This document shows positions 1-11,850 of a DNA stretch of 64,000 bases, in pieces. The notes below the pieces were generated by a model. That model was not told where the DNA came from. It did not search any database and saw nothing but the letters and a program-made list of their open reading frames with translations. Where the stretch lies: NCBI RefSeq assembly GCF_032191835.1, contig NC_083235.1, positions 15,810,001 through 15,874,000 on the forward strand. Reading direction: 5' to 3'. A program made the translations under genes and the position numbers. Positions within the stretch are counted from its first letter, which is position 1, and every line of letters begins with the position of its first letter. This stretch comes from Heteronotia binoei (Eukaryota).

Positions 1-57
1 ACCCGGTTCTCCCAGATAAGAGTCCACACACTTAACCACTACACCAAACTGGCTCTC
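1..57 (-). mobile_element. 5' end of a Squam3-like tRNA-derived SINE (cut by window edge)
   Basis: Reverse complement reads GAGAGCCAGTTTGGTGTAGTGGTTAAGTGTGTGGACTCTTATCTGGGAGAACCGGGT, the head shared by about 10 copies in the window. Confidence 0.75.
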
Positions 58-321
58 CTCTTAGAGCTGTGGTGGAACCATTCCCATCTACGACACTGGA
101 ACAACAATAGATGTCAAACAAAAAGGTAATTGGGATGGGGTTGTCAACTCTGTGGTGGGGATTTCCTGGAGATTGGGGGTGGAGCCTGGGGAGGGTGGGG
201 TTTGGGAGGAATATGATGCTATAAAGTCCGCCCTCCAAAGCAGCCATTTTCCTCCAGGGAAATTGATCTCCATCCTCTAGAGATCTCCAGGCACTTTCTG
301 AAGGCTGTCAAGCCTACATGG

Positions 322-592
322 GGTCAAGCCAGTTTGGTGTGGTGGTTAAGTGTGCGGACTCTTATCTGGGAGAACCGGGTTTGATTTCCCCACTCCTCCA
401 CTTGCACCTGCTGGAATCAGCCATAGCTCTCGCAGGAGTTGTCCTTGAAAGGGCAGCTGCTGTGAGAGCCCTCTCAGCCCCACTCACCTCACAGGGTGTC
501 AGTTGTGGGGTAAGAAGATAAAGGAGATTGTAAGCTGCTCTGAGACTGATTCAGAGAGAAGGGCGGGGTATAAATCTGCAGTCTTCTTCTTC
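322..592 (+). mobile_element. Squam3-like SINE
   Basis: tRNA-like head (GGTGTGGTGGTTAAG...GGTTTGATTTCCC), body CTCAGCCCCACTCACCTCACAGGG, (CTT)n tail. Confidence 0.75.
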
Positions 593-1494
593 TTTGGCTG
601 CTCAAAGAATTGCCAGGTATCTACCCACACATTTACTACACAATTTATATATCCCATTCTGTTGGCTGTGGATATCTGATATTTCATTGGTCATCAGTCC
701 ATCAACTGGGTCCTGTTTCCAGAGACCAATGTGCCAGGTTGCAAGCTCATACAGGGACGCCATTATTTTTATAGCCTTCCACAGGAGTCGCTTTGTAGGA
801 AAATAGGTGGTGGAGCTCATCATCCAGGGATTGTTATGCAGCTGCACCTACTATTCAATGGACAAGGTAGGTGGGGAGGAGGACGAGGAACTCTCAGAAA
901 GACTCAGGAGCTGTGCTCCTGTGAGCTCCTGCTGAATCCGAGGCCTGGCCTTCCATACTGCTAGTGCACAAACTCAGAGACCGAGGGTGCCTCCCGCTTC
1001 TCTTTGCATCCGTGCAATCCACACCTTAATAGGTAAGTAAGCATTGCGTGTATTTCTGTTTTCCTCAACATTCCCATTTTTCTGGAAATACCCCCTGTTC
1101 CACAGCGGCTTCAAAATTTCCAGAAATTTCACCTCTCTAATCTTTGGTTGAGAAAACTGAATAGCCTCTGAAAAGGAAGTGGTTCTGTGCTGCAGGAATC
1201 ATAGGGGAATGGGCAACAATTCAGAGTTAACAATCTCCCTTTGGAACGCCTAATGGCATGAGCCACTGACGTGGGGGAATAAGCAGTGTGGTAGAAATAG
1301 AAACCATTTTCACAACGAAATAGAGCTATAGTCATGTGGGCATGAGTTCCTACCATGCTGCAACTCACTCAGCAAGCCAGAGGAGAAAGGAACTCTGTAA
1401 TCCGGAGACTGCAAGACCAGGCGAAACCATCATGCGCCATCACACATCAGCTTCCAATCTGAAGTGTTATTCACCAATTGGGCATCCTTTAAGA

Positions 1495-1810
1495 TAGATT
1501 CAGGTGGGTAGCCGTGTTGGTCTGAAGCAGCAGAACAAAATTTGAGTCCAGTGGCACCTTAAAGAATAACAAAGTTTTATTCAAGGTGTAAGCTTTTGTG
1601 TGATAAAAAAAGTATATCTGAAGAAGTGTGCTTGTTCACAAAAGCTTATACCTCGCAGAAGACTTTGCTGGTCTTTAAGGTGACCCTGGACTTGAACTTT
1701 GTTCTGGACCTTCTTTATACGCCTCATATCTGAAGAAGTGTGCAGTGACACATAAAAGCTAATACCTTGTGACAAATTTTGTTAGTCTTTAAAGTGCTAC
1801 TATACCCTTG
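1495..1810. mobile_element. Degraded palindromic Penelope-derived repeat with decayed hammerhead-like cores
   Basis: GTCCAGTGGCACCTTAAAG...inverted partner CTTTAAGGTGACCCTGGAC; two CTGAAGAAGTGTGC...CAC(A)AAAGCT(T/A)ATACC motifs at about 1618 and 1730. Confidence 0.55.
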
Positions 1811-2069
1811 CTCTTTTCTAATGCCTTAATACCTGTGCTCAGTGGTCATTTTGTAGAAAAATAGGTGGTGGAGCTCTTTCAGGGATTGTTATGCAGCTGC
1901 ACATACTATTCAATGGACAAGGAGGTGGAACTCTCAGAAGAAGGAGGTGGAACTCTCCGAAAGGTTCAGGAGCTGTGCTCCTGTGAGCTCCCACTGAATC
2001 CGAGGTCTGCCTGTACAGGAGAAACTGGATCATCTGGAGTGGAATATCTAGTGTCTTTGGATTAACTTC

Positions 2070-2348
2070 TGAAGCAGATATTGGATTTGTATCTTGCCCG
2101 CCGTTCTGAATCTCAGAATCTCAGAGCAGCTCACAATCTTCTTTACTTTCCTCCCCAACAACAGACACCCTGTGAAGTAGGTGGGGCTGAGGGGGCTCTC
2201 CCAGAAGCTGCCCTTTCAAGGACAACTCCTACAAGAGCTATGGCTGACCCAAGGCCATTCCAGCAGCTGCAAGTGGAGGAGTGGGGAATCAAACCCGGTT
2301 CTCCCAGATAAGAGTCCGTGCACTTAACCACTACATCAAACTGGCTCT
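2070..2348 (-). mobile_element. Squam3-like SINE
   Basis: Reverse complement of the 322-592 family. Confidence 0.75.
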
Positions 2349-2529
2349 CTTTTGAGCTGTTCTAGTTGAAGAGGCCAAGGGCTCTCTTGCATTCTGGACA
2401 GGTGAAGGAGCTCATCGATTTGGTCTTATATTTTAACTATTTTCAGTTCGATCTGCCTGCACTTCTATCCTTGTATCTGCTTTACCAGAGGGGAGAAAAA
2501 GCATAATTCATCCATTAATGCTTAATAGG

Positions 2530-2695
2530 GAAGGGGCTGTGGCTTAGTAGCAGAGCATCCTTCATCTCCAGTTGAAAAGATCAGGTAGCAGTTGATGTGA
2601 AAGACCTCAGCCTGAGACCCTGTCGAGCTGCTGAGTAGACAACACTGACTTTGATGGACCAAGGGTCTGGTTCAGTATAAGGCACCTTCATGTGT
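2530..2695 (+). mobile_element. tRNA-derived SINE (Squam2/Anolis-SINE2-like), internally deleted
   Basis: GGGGCTGTGGCTTAGTAGCAGAGCATC head, GATGGACCAAGGGTCTGGTTCAGTATAAGGC 3' part; same family as 30612-30826 and 55095-55305. Confidence 0.6.
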
Positions 2696-3780
2696 GTGTT
2701 CATTTGGATACCAGCTTTTAACATCCTACTTAAGATGGTCTTCAGGGGGAAAAGAGAGAGTTGAGAACTACCACAAAGCAAACCTGCATGGATCAGGTGA
2801 TACAAACCCATGTTCTTCCTTAAAAGCCCTGATTCTGCCATTATTAAACTGTGATCAGATTAAAAGTGTCCAACTCTGGGTCCAGAAATACTTGGAGATT
2901 TGAAGGTGGAACCTGGGAGATTGGGGGTTAGGTAGGGAGGGATCTTGGTAGGATACAATACCATGTAGTCCAGGAGAAGTGGGCATCCAATGAAGCTGAT
3001 GGGCGGTAGATTAATGATTGACAAAAGGAAGTACGTACTTCTTTACATGAGTGATCAAAAAGTGGAATTCACTGCCAGAGATGTAGTGATAGACCTAGGA
3101 ATAGGCAGCTCAAAAAGGGGATTAGATAGATTCATAAAGGATAGGTCTATCAGTGGCTGCTAGCCATGGTGACTAAAGGAAACCTCCACTTTCAGAGGCA
3201 GTCATCATCTGAATCCCAGTACCAGGAGATAACATCAGAGGAAGCCATTGGTCTCTATGGCCTATTATTAGATCTCCAGAGGAACTGGCTGGCCCCTGTG
3301 TGAGACAGGATGCTGGACTAGATGGACCACTGGTCAGATCCAGCAGGGCTCTTCTGATGTTCTTGTGTTTCTTGTGTTCCATCCCTTCTCTCTTCTCTGT
3401 CCTCACACACATCTGTATCTTTGATTTCACACACATCTGCATCTTGTCCAAGTTTCACAGGGCTTGCAAGGCAGAGCTCTTCCACCAGGTTTTTAACTGA
3501 TCTGGTGAATGTCCTTTGAACGCCAGCACTTCTCCCCACCATTTTACACTCATGGTTCTTGTATAGAGTTGACAGTCGTTGGCCATAAGTGCTGTTGCAC
3601 ATTTGACGCTTATGTCTGAAATCGTGTTTGTTTCTTCTGAATATGCTGTTCCGATTTTATTTAAATTGTTTTATGGTGTTTTAATTTGATGTTTGTTTTT
3701 ATTGTGGTAAGCCGTCCTGAGCCTGCTTGCAGGATAGGGCGGGGTATAAATTAAAAAATCAAATCAAATTAATCAAATCT

Positions 3781-3792
3781 CACTCTTTGCAG
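3781..3792 (+). promoter_or_regulatory. Putative splice acceptor 7 nt upstream of the OR start codon
   Basis: CACTCTTTGCAG|GTGCGCT-ATG; same geometry at all five OR genes. Confidence 0.6.
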
Positions 3793-3799
3793 GTGCGCT

Positions 3800-4741
3800 A
3801 TGAATCAAGAAAACCAAACAGAGCTTTCTGGGTTCCTCCTTCTGGATCTCTCTACGCAGCTGGAGCAGCAGCGTCTCCTTGCCTTGCTCTTCCTTGCCAT
3901 GTACCTGCTCATTCTTTTGGGCAACCTGTTGATCATCCTGCTGATCCGCTTAGATGCTCACCTCTGCCAGACGCCTATGTATTTTTTCCTCAGCCACCTC
4001 TCCTTGGCTGATGTGGGATTTGCCTCTGTGACCATCCCAAAGATGCTGCAAAACCTTCTGTTCCAGGTCAAGACCATCTCTTACGGCGGGTGCTTGGTGC
4101 AAATGTACTCCTACATGGCTTTTGGCAACACAGACAGTTTCCTCCTGGCCTCAATGGCCTATGATCGCTACTTGGCAATCTGCCACCCTCTATACTATAC
4201 CACCCTGATGAGCCACCAGCGATGCCTTTTACTGGTGGCCGCTTGTTGGGTCCTGGCCTCTCTCCATTCTTTGCTGTACACGCTGATGATGTCTCGCCTT
4301 CACTTCTGCTCCTCTCGGGAGATCCCCCAGTTCTTCTGTGAGATCTACCCTCTGCTGGGACTTTCATGCTCCGACACAAGTCTCATAGAGACCACGGCTT
4401 TGGTGGAAGGCTTTTTGGATGTGCTGGGCCCGTTCTTCCTCATCGTGATCTCCTACGTGCGCATCTTCTACACCATTCTGAATGTCCCATCCAAACATGG
4501 GAAGCGCAAGGCCTTCTCCACTTGTGGTTCTCACCTGAGCGTAGTAGTCCTGTTCTATGGAAACCTCTGCTGGGTCTACTTGCAGCCTCCTTCCAGGAAC
4601 TCGGACAAGAGCGTGGTTCCTTCCCTGATGTACACAGTGGTGACTCCAATGCTGAATCCATTCATTTACACCCTCAGGAACAATGAGATGAAGGCCGCCT
4701 TGAAGCGGTTAGCTGGCAGGATTAGATCTTTTCAAGGATGA
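3800..4741 (+). CDS. OR1L-like: Olfactory receptor, class II family 1, OR1L-like (313 aa, intact)
   Basis: 7TM ORF with [40 protein letters not shown]; GCLVQMYSYMAFGNTDSFLLASMA matches the recalled OR1L4/OR1L6 signature GCLVQMYFFMAFGNTDSYLLASMA. Confidence 0.93.
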   Translation: MNQENQTELSGFLLLDLSTQLEQQRLLALLFLAMYLLILLGNLLIILLIRLDAHLCQTPMYFFLSHLSLADVGFASVTIPKMLQNLLFQVKTISYGGCLVQMYSYMAFGNTDSFLLASMAYDRYLAICHPLYYTTLMSHQRCLLLVAACWVLASLHSLLYTLMMSRLHFCSSREIPQFFCEIYPLLGLSCSDTSLIETTALVEGFLDVLGPFFLIVISYVRIFYTILNVPSKHGKRKAFSTCGSHLSVVVLFYGNLCWVYLQPPSRNSDKSVVPSLMYTVVTPMLNPFIYTLRNNEMKAALKRLAGRIRSFQG

Positions 4742-5960
4742 TGCAAGAGAAAAGGAAGGTCATTCCTTCACACTCCAGGAAATCTGGGAACTGGAGTTCT
4801 GTGAGGTGGGGATCTCTAGTCTGACAGAATTCTCTGCACCCTCACCTCACTGCAGTTGCCAGGATTCCTTGGGGCAACCTGGGACAGTTAGTCATCAAAT
4901 TCACCTCAGTTCATCGTGTAGATATGCTCCTAAGCATTAAAGGAGAATTTTTGAGATTCTGCTGATTTGTCTGGATGAGGAGTTGTTCAGACAGGACAAA
5001 TGGAGCTGTTCAGACAGGGCAAATAGGTACATTTTACTGGAGCCTATGAGTCTTGTATTCTTATGGGTCTTGATTGATTCATGGAGAAGAGGACTATCAG
5101 TGGTGACACCACCAGCGGTGGTGCCACATGCAGAGGCACCATATCTCTGAATCACAGTGCCAGGACTGGAGGCAACATCAGAGGAAGGCCTCTCTGCCCT
5201 GTTGTTGGCCCTTTAGAGGAATTAGTTGTCTGCTGTGTGAGACAGGATGTTGGACTGGATGGGCCACTGCTCTGATCCAGCAGGGCTCTTCTTATATTCT
5301 CATCTGGTCCAGGCTACGAGTCCATCTTATGATTCATGTTATGTCATTTCAGAAATAAAAGAGATGTTTTACCCATGACTCCTGAAATTCTATTGTATGT
5401 ATTACTGTAGGCAACTTCAGCTTGGAAAACTCCTGAAAATTTGGGGGCAGTGACTGAGAGGGTAGAGTTTGAAGTAGGGATGTGATGCTATAGAGTCCAG
5501 TCTCTGAAGTTGTGTTTCTCCAGGGGAACTATCTCTGTCATCTGGAGGTCAGTTGTAATTCTGGGGCAACTCCATGCACACACACACACGCGCGCACACA
5601 TACACATCCTGCCCCCAGAGGCTGCCAACCAGGACTGGCCTAAGGCATGCTGCACCCTAGACAGGCCCGCCTCCCTCGCCTTCCTCCTCTGCTGCACTGC
5701 TTCCCTCTGTGCCATCGCCCCACAGTGCCTCACCCCACCGCTTGCACAGCAAGGGAGGAGATATGGAGATGGGGAGGGTGGCAGGAGACCGAGAAAGCTG
5801 GCAGGTGAGCAAGAAAGCCAGCAGGCAAATGAGAAAGGTGGCAGGTGAGCAAGAAAGCCAGCAGGAGAGCGGGGAAGGCCTCTTTGAGTCACATGGAAGA
5901 CGCCCAATTCGGTGCCCTTCCAGGGCCGGTGTCCTAAGCAAATGCCTAACTTGTCTAATG

Positions 5961-6090
5961 CAGGGGTGGCCTATGGTAGCTCTCCAGATGTCTTTTTGCC
6001 TACAACTCCCATGAGCCCCAGCCAGCATGGCTGAGGCTCATGGGAGTTGTAGGCAAAAAACATCTGGAGAGCTACCGTTGGCCACCCCTG
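5961..6090. mobile_element. hAT-type MITE (CAGGGGTGGCC terminal inverted repeats)
   Basis: CAGGGGTGGCCTATGGTAGCTCTCCAGATG ... CATCTGGAGAGCTACCGTTGGCCACCCCTG; family member at 60184 has an 8-bp TSD. Confidence 0.7.
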
Positions 6091-7249
6091 GCTTGGTGGA
6101 AAGGTCGGCCCTTCTGCCAACCCTCAATGGGATTTTGTGTGTTGTTGGTAGGGAAGGTATTTTACAAGTTTGTAACTGGCCCGGAAAAATAATATTTGGG
6201 CTCCAGGAATCTCCCTTCCACTCTTGCAGTTTTGTAACGTGATTATTGTTGGATATTGTTACTCTGCATGCAAGAGGATCTGGGAAGGAAAGGGTTAAGG
6301 GAATTCTCTCTCTCTCTCTCTCTCTCAGTTGGCCCCATCCTCTCGTTGGTCAGGTGTTGAGCCTCTCTGGCCCTTGCTTGCCTTCTGTGTTTAATTTCAT
6401 ATAGGACCTCTCTTCTTCCCACTCTTACCTGGGCCTGGAATGGTCGCACGTTAACCTTGTTGTTCGCTATTGGTTTTACCACTGAATCTATGAAGGAATT
6501 GGGGCTTGCTCAATCAGCACTTACAATTAAAAAAAAACAGATTAGTCAAATTGATTACAAATGTCCTGTTCTTCATACTCAACAAGTTTGTTCTTCACAA
6601 TTTTGCTCCCCCTGATTCTCTTCCCTTCTTGCTTATCATCTAACCTCACCTGGTCTACTCAGGGCTTTTACATTAGCTAGAATGAATGCCCATTCAACGG
6701 TGGTTATGAAAGACCATTTTTTTGCATCTTTCCTACTCTGATGGAATTTGCTTTTGCTCCCTTGGTAAAATAGGTACAGTCTCTCCTACTTTATTGGAAT
6801 GCTCTCTGTATTGAATTTCATTCTACCGTGGCTGGTGAATATCAATAATTTTAATCCAATCACGGTGGCTTCTTTCCTACTTTCAGATCAAAATCTCAGT
6901 ATAACCTTGGATTTGCAAAAATATTTTATTCCTTTTGCCTTTTGGGAAATTAATAAAGGTTATACAAAATTTCCAATTGTTATACTGCTCCAGGTATTGA
7001 GTCATAGAGCTTTGATTGGACAAAAGAAATAAAATGAATATTATATGTATCATTTGGTTGACTTAAGACTCCTTCCCATAGCTAAGGAAATGAGAACATG
7101 TTTTGGAAGATATTGCTAACCATAGTTTAATCACACCAGAGTTTTTCACCGTGTCTGAATTTAGACATTGTCTGTGATTCATCCAATGGTTGACATTGTA
7201 GAATCTGGGGTGTAAAATTGTGCAGTAAATATGCTTTGATATTCATTTC

Positions 7250-7575
7250 ACAGACTCACAGAGTTGGGCGGGATCCTCAGGTTCATCTAGTCCAACCCCC
7301 TGCACAATGCAGGAAACTCTCAAATACCTCTCCCACACACACCACAAGTATACCCTGCTGCATGGCCAGAAGATGGCAAAACCCCTCCAGGATTCCTTGC
7401 CAAACTGGCATGGAGAAAATTGTTTCCTGACCCCAAAGTGGTGATCAACATTTCCCTGGGTCACAAGAGCTAATCACTGATGCAACCCTTCCTGCCCTCC
7501 TTCTCATGATCTGCCTAAGTTCACAGAATCAACATTGCTGTCATTTGGCCATCTAGTCTCGATTCTATGATTCTA
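7250..7575 (-). mobile_element. CR1 LINE 3' UTR fragment
   Basis: CATCTAGTCCAACCCCCTGCACAATGCAGG motif shared with the CR1 copies at 14395 and 53665. Confidence 0.65.
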
Positions 7576-8544
7576 TTAAAAGGATATTATAGTATATTTG
7601 GTGCACAATTTCAAACCCCAGATTCTACTACAGTCACAAAATGTCAACTGAGACCTCAGCTTGAGACTTGGGAGAACTGTTGCCAGTCTGAGTTGACAAG
7701 ATGGAGCTTGATGGACTGATGGTTTGATTCAGTACAAGGCAGTTTCATGTGTGTTCATTTGTGCTGCTCTCCCCCTTATATAGGAGGGAGTCCTGTCCAC
7801 AGGGGCAGCGCTGGGGTTGTTGTCACCCCAGGCCACCCACACAGCTGGCCCCCCTCATGGGTGTTCTGACCGAGGCTGCGCAGTTCCTTTCCTCCGCCCC
7901 GCTGCCAGGTGGGGGAAAGGGGCTGCGGGACTCCCCTGCCTCACTCTGAAGCTGTTTCCCCTTGCAGTGGAGGCATCTTTAAGGCGACATCGCTCTCCTC
8001 TGAGCTTGGCTAGGAAGCCAGGCTTGGAAGAGAGGAGGCAAACTGGCATGCAGTTCTGCCGCTCTCAGTTTCTGGGGAAGCTGAGAGCAGCGGAGCATTG
8101 GGAGAGGCCGCCTGAAGACAACCTCACTGACTCCCACACGCCGGCTCTGCCTGCCTGGGAGGTTCCCAACCTTCCCGTCCACATTGGGCCGGTGGGGGAA
8201 ACCTCCCCCGACGTCGCCAGCATAATGATGACACCCACGAGTGTTCTCATTGCGCCGACAATGTCTGCACTGGCCACTCTAGGCATTTCCAGGAAAACTC
8301 TATGGTTTCCCCAGACGCTCTAGCCATTTGGGAGGGGAAACTCTATGGTACAATAGAGTGGCCAGCATGCAATGTTGCCAGCGCAATGACATCACTCACT
8401 TTGCACGTGCAAAACAAGTCCACCGCCAGAGGCTGGGGCGGGCGGGGGGAGACTTGGCTACCAGTGACAGGAAGAAGAAGGCCTGGACCTTGACAGGATG
8501 AAGCTGCTAATTTCTTTACAGGCCCAAGCCAAAGAACAAATCAG

Positions 8545-8655
8545 CCAGTATCATAATGCCCCCCTGTATAAATTGATGGTGCAGCCTCATTTGGAGTACT
8601 GTGCTCAATTCTGGTCACCACACTTCAAAAAAGGTATTCCAGCATTGGAAAAAGT
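8545..8655 (+). mobile_element. CR1 ORF2 fragment
   Basis: Translates LYKLMVQPHLEYCAQFWSPHFKKGIPALEKV (CR1 RT C-terminal motif PHLEYCVQFW). Confidence 0.75.
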
Positions 8656-8879
8656 TAAAAAAAAAAAAGTCAACATCAAAAGGAATCCCTGCATGCCATC
8701 AAGGGAAAGAAGAGGACCTTCATGTCATCAAGTGAATACCTAGGGCCTTTTTTTATTGCTTTCCTGAGCACCACCTAGTAGGAGTTGTCTCTGTTCAGAG
8801 TCCCCTTTCTGAAGGGCACTGAAGACCCTGCATTTGCGAACATAGCACTTGTGTCTCAGCATAATGTGGTGGTTGTATC

Positions 8880-9066
8880 CAGGGCTTTTTTTGAGCAGGA
8901 ACGCAGTTCTAGCTGGCTTGGTGTCAGGGGGCGTGGCCTAAGATGTAAATGAATTCCTGCTGGGCTTTTTCTACGAAAAAGCCCTATGTGAAACAATGCT
9001 GACATCGGGGGTGCGGCCTAAGATGCAAATGAGTTCCTGCTGGGCCTTTTCTACAAAAAAAGCCCT
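8880..9066. mobile_element. AGGGCTTTTTT-ended MITE-like repeat with octamer (ATGCAAAT) and CACCC motifs
   Basis: Terminal AGGGCTTTTT/AAAAAGCCCT; about 10 related copies (e.g. 14900-15055, 27040-27100, 27715-27885, 28845-29025, 41990-42170, 61840-62020, 62080-62270). Confidence 0.6.
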
Positions 9067-9581
9067 GGTTGTATCTCAAATTTGTTGTTAGATAGATTCC
9101 CACAAAGCATCACATCTTGGATATTTTTCTTAAAGAAATGTCATAGTTGCCGGGCATTTCCTTACTTAAACTGCACACGCACACGCACCCTTTGTTTGGA
9201 AGCATTCAGGAGACGGAGTTACATAGCCTGGGTTCTGCTGGGTTACCCTTGCATCAGTACATAAAGTTTTCACAATATTGGTTGCTTCTCTAGAGGGCAG
9301 ATTGTTTCTGTTGGAGTGAGTGACTCAGCATGGGGGGTGGGGTGCTACATCATTTCAATGGTACAGATGTTATCTCCTTGAATGGGGTGCCTCTCTTTGT
9401 CTTAACCTGGAAGCTACCCTCTGACCCCTCCTCTCTCTCACTTTGTCCTCTCCCCTTCTACACATGGCCTTCCACGGAGACATATTTCTCTACAGGTCAC
9501 AATGCCCTTATTCTCCTACACATGTGAAGTTGGACAAGCTGGCCATTTGTGATAGGAAAAGTACTCTTTAGATTAGGCTTC

Positions 9582-10605
9582 TGTGAGGGACCGGTCAGGG
9601 TCGGCTTGGGAGGGTGACCACTATAAATTTTCCCCCAGTCACCTTCCCTCAGTCCCTCAGGTACACATACAGAAACCCTGTCAGAACTCTAAAAATATAG
9701 GCACCAGACGGTTTTAAATTTAAAAACCAAAGAAAGTATTTATTGTATAACAAAAGGCAAGGGAGAGGGATAAAAATAATATTGATTATATCTGATCAGT
9801 GCTAAAAGGCAAATCAGTTGGCAGCAGATGGTTGACAAAATTATCAATTATTAAACACAGAGATTTGTCAGGCTGAGGTAAAATCTTAATATATAACTCT
9901 GGCAGAAGATTTTTAAAATTACCAAACAGGCAGGCTTCAGAATTCTATAGAATTCTATGACAGGCAGGCAGTGCCTACTGGGCACTAGGAATATTTTTCA
10001 GTTCAGTTGATATAGCCCTAGACTTTGTCTACTCAAATGCTAGCTTCCATGCTAGCTTCCAGGACTCACACCTCTGAGAGCTAATACCAGCCCCTCACAC
10101 CTGGTGTGTCTCAGCCCCAGCTAGTTTTCTGGTCTGAATCTTGGGTAGCCCTGCTGACCACCAGAATCCAGTCCTCCCTTCTGAGTGTTTTTGTGTAATC
10201 TCAGTTTGTACAAGGAGACTGCCTAGATGTGCTGGCAAAATCTCCCTCAGAGAGTTTCCTTCACAGAAGGTGCCTGGTTTTGCCCCCTTCTGACTTAAAA
10301 CTCTCTTTCTCAGACAGAAGCTCAGCCCAGTTCTGTCTCTACAAGGAACTCAGCCCCACTGGCTGTTCTCAGCTACTTGTCCAGTTGCTTTCACAACTGA
10401 CCGGCCTAAGCCTCAGTCTTCACACTCCCGACTCTCTCTGAAGATTTCTCTCACTGAAGACTTCAAACAAGAACAAAAAAAACCCTGAGGCATTCTTTGC
10501 CAAGCCTCTTCATTTCGCTACATCTCAGTTACTATGGTAACTTCTCAGCCAATCGCTGCAAGCCTGTTCTCCAGCTTCTCAGGCTAAGTTCCTGAGTCTG
10601 TCACA
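9582..10605 (-). mobile_element. Probable solo LTR
   Basis: Begins TGTGA, ends TCACA (TG...CA); about 1 kb with no coding capacity; AATAAA on minus strand near 9740; absent from the paralogous segment at 62270-62680. Confidence 0.55.
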
Positions 10606-10699
10606 TGTGAAGTTGGACAAGCTGGCCATTTGTGATAGGAAAAGTACTCTGTGGATTAGGCTTCTCTCTCTTTTCGACTGCAACCTGAATGTGAACTGA

Positions 10700-11046
10700 T
10701 AGACCTTCCAATGGACCTCCCACTGATGGACCTCCTGATGGTGCCTGGCTTGTTTGTTTGTTTGCTTGTTGCCACTGTGTGACACAGAGTGTTGGACTGG
10801 ATGGGCCATTGGCCTGATCCAACATGGCTTCTCTTATGTTCCTATGTGACACAGAGTGTTGGACTGGATGGGCCATTGGCCTGATCCAACAGGGCTTCTC
10901 TTATGTTCTTATGTGACACAGAGTGTTGGACTGGAGGGGCCATTGGCCTGATTCAACATGGCTTCTCTTATGTTCTTATGTGACACAGAGTGTTGGACTG
11001 GATGGGCCATTGGCCTGATCCAACATGGATTCTCTTATGTTCTTAT
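10700..11046 (+). repeat. CR1 3' end whose terminal 67-bp module is repeated four times in tandem
   Basis: GTGACACAGAGTGTTGGACTGGATGGGCCATTGGCCTGATCCAACATGGCTTCTCTTATGTTC(C/T)TAT x4 (10779-11046); flanked by TGAACTG at 10692 and 11046. Confidence 0.85.
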
Positions 11047-11604
11047 GAACTGGATCCACCTGAATAAATGTAAGTTTACCTTCCCACCCCCCACCCCCTG
11101 CAATATACTTTTTGGGAGATGTATTTACTGCATTCAGTATCACTTTTCTATGACTGGGCAAAACTCTGTTACATTAACCAAATGTCCCCAAAGTTTCAAT
11201 TTAATTTGCTGTGAACGAGAAGTTGAGTCTTGAAGGCACATCTCTTGAGGCATGTGACACCTTGCAGCCTGGTGCTTCAGATAACAAGATCCCCCTGGAA
11301 GGGCTTCCTCTGCCACTTCCCTAGAGTCTGTGCCCTGGCCCACTGAAACATTCCCTGCTCCTTTACTACCAAATCCTTCCACGCTTCACTCCTGCAGCCC
11401 ACCAAACTACCTATGGCTGAAAAAACGTCACTCTTTAGATATTTCACAGTCAGAAGGCATCACCGTTGCCACCACACCATGGTAGAGTCCCAACCGGCAC
11501 ACGTCCCATCTCTTCTGGTGGTGCTGTGGAACAGGCCTTGAGAAATGCTCCATCTTCCTTGATTGAACCATTGTTTCCATTCAGAATTACAAGATGCAAT
11601 GAAC

Positions 11605-11850
11605 CAGTTCCGTGTAGTGGTTAAGTGCACAGACTCTTATCTTGGAGAACTGGGTTTGATACTCCATTCCTCCACTTGCAGCTGCTGGAATGGCCTTGGG
11701 TCAGCCATAAGCTCTCGCAGGAGTTGTCCTTGAAAGGCCCTCTCAGCTCCACCCACCTCACAGGGTGTTTGTTGTGAGGGAGGAAGATAAAGGAGATTGT
11801 GAGCCACTCTGAGTGGAGGGAGGAATATAAATCCAGTGTCTTCTTCTTCA
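11605..11850 (+). mobile_element. Squam3-like SINE
   Basis: GTAGTGGTTAAGTGCACAGACTCTTATC head, family body, CTT tail. Confidence 0.7.

Noticed and set aside
6620-7090. Possible decayed L1 RT on the minus strand (..KGIKYF..)
   Set aside because: Many stops and only one weak motif; needs a profile search.
7749-8493. GC-rich stretch with a 168-aa ORF (7817-8323)
   Set aside because: No recognisable domain, non-ATG start and no convincing splice structure; probably an unclassified repeat.
10779-11046. CRISPR-like regular repeat
   Set aside because: Contiguous units with no spacers, eukaryotic context, and identity with CR1 3' ends.
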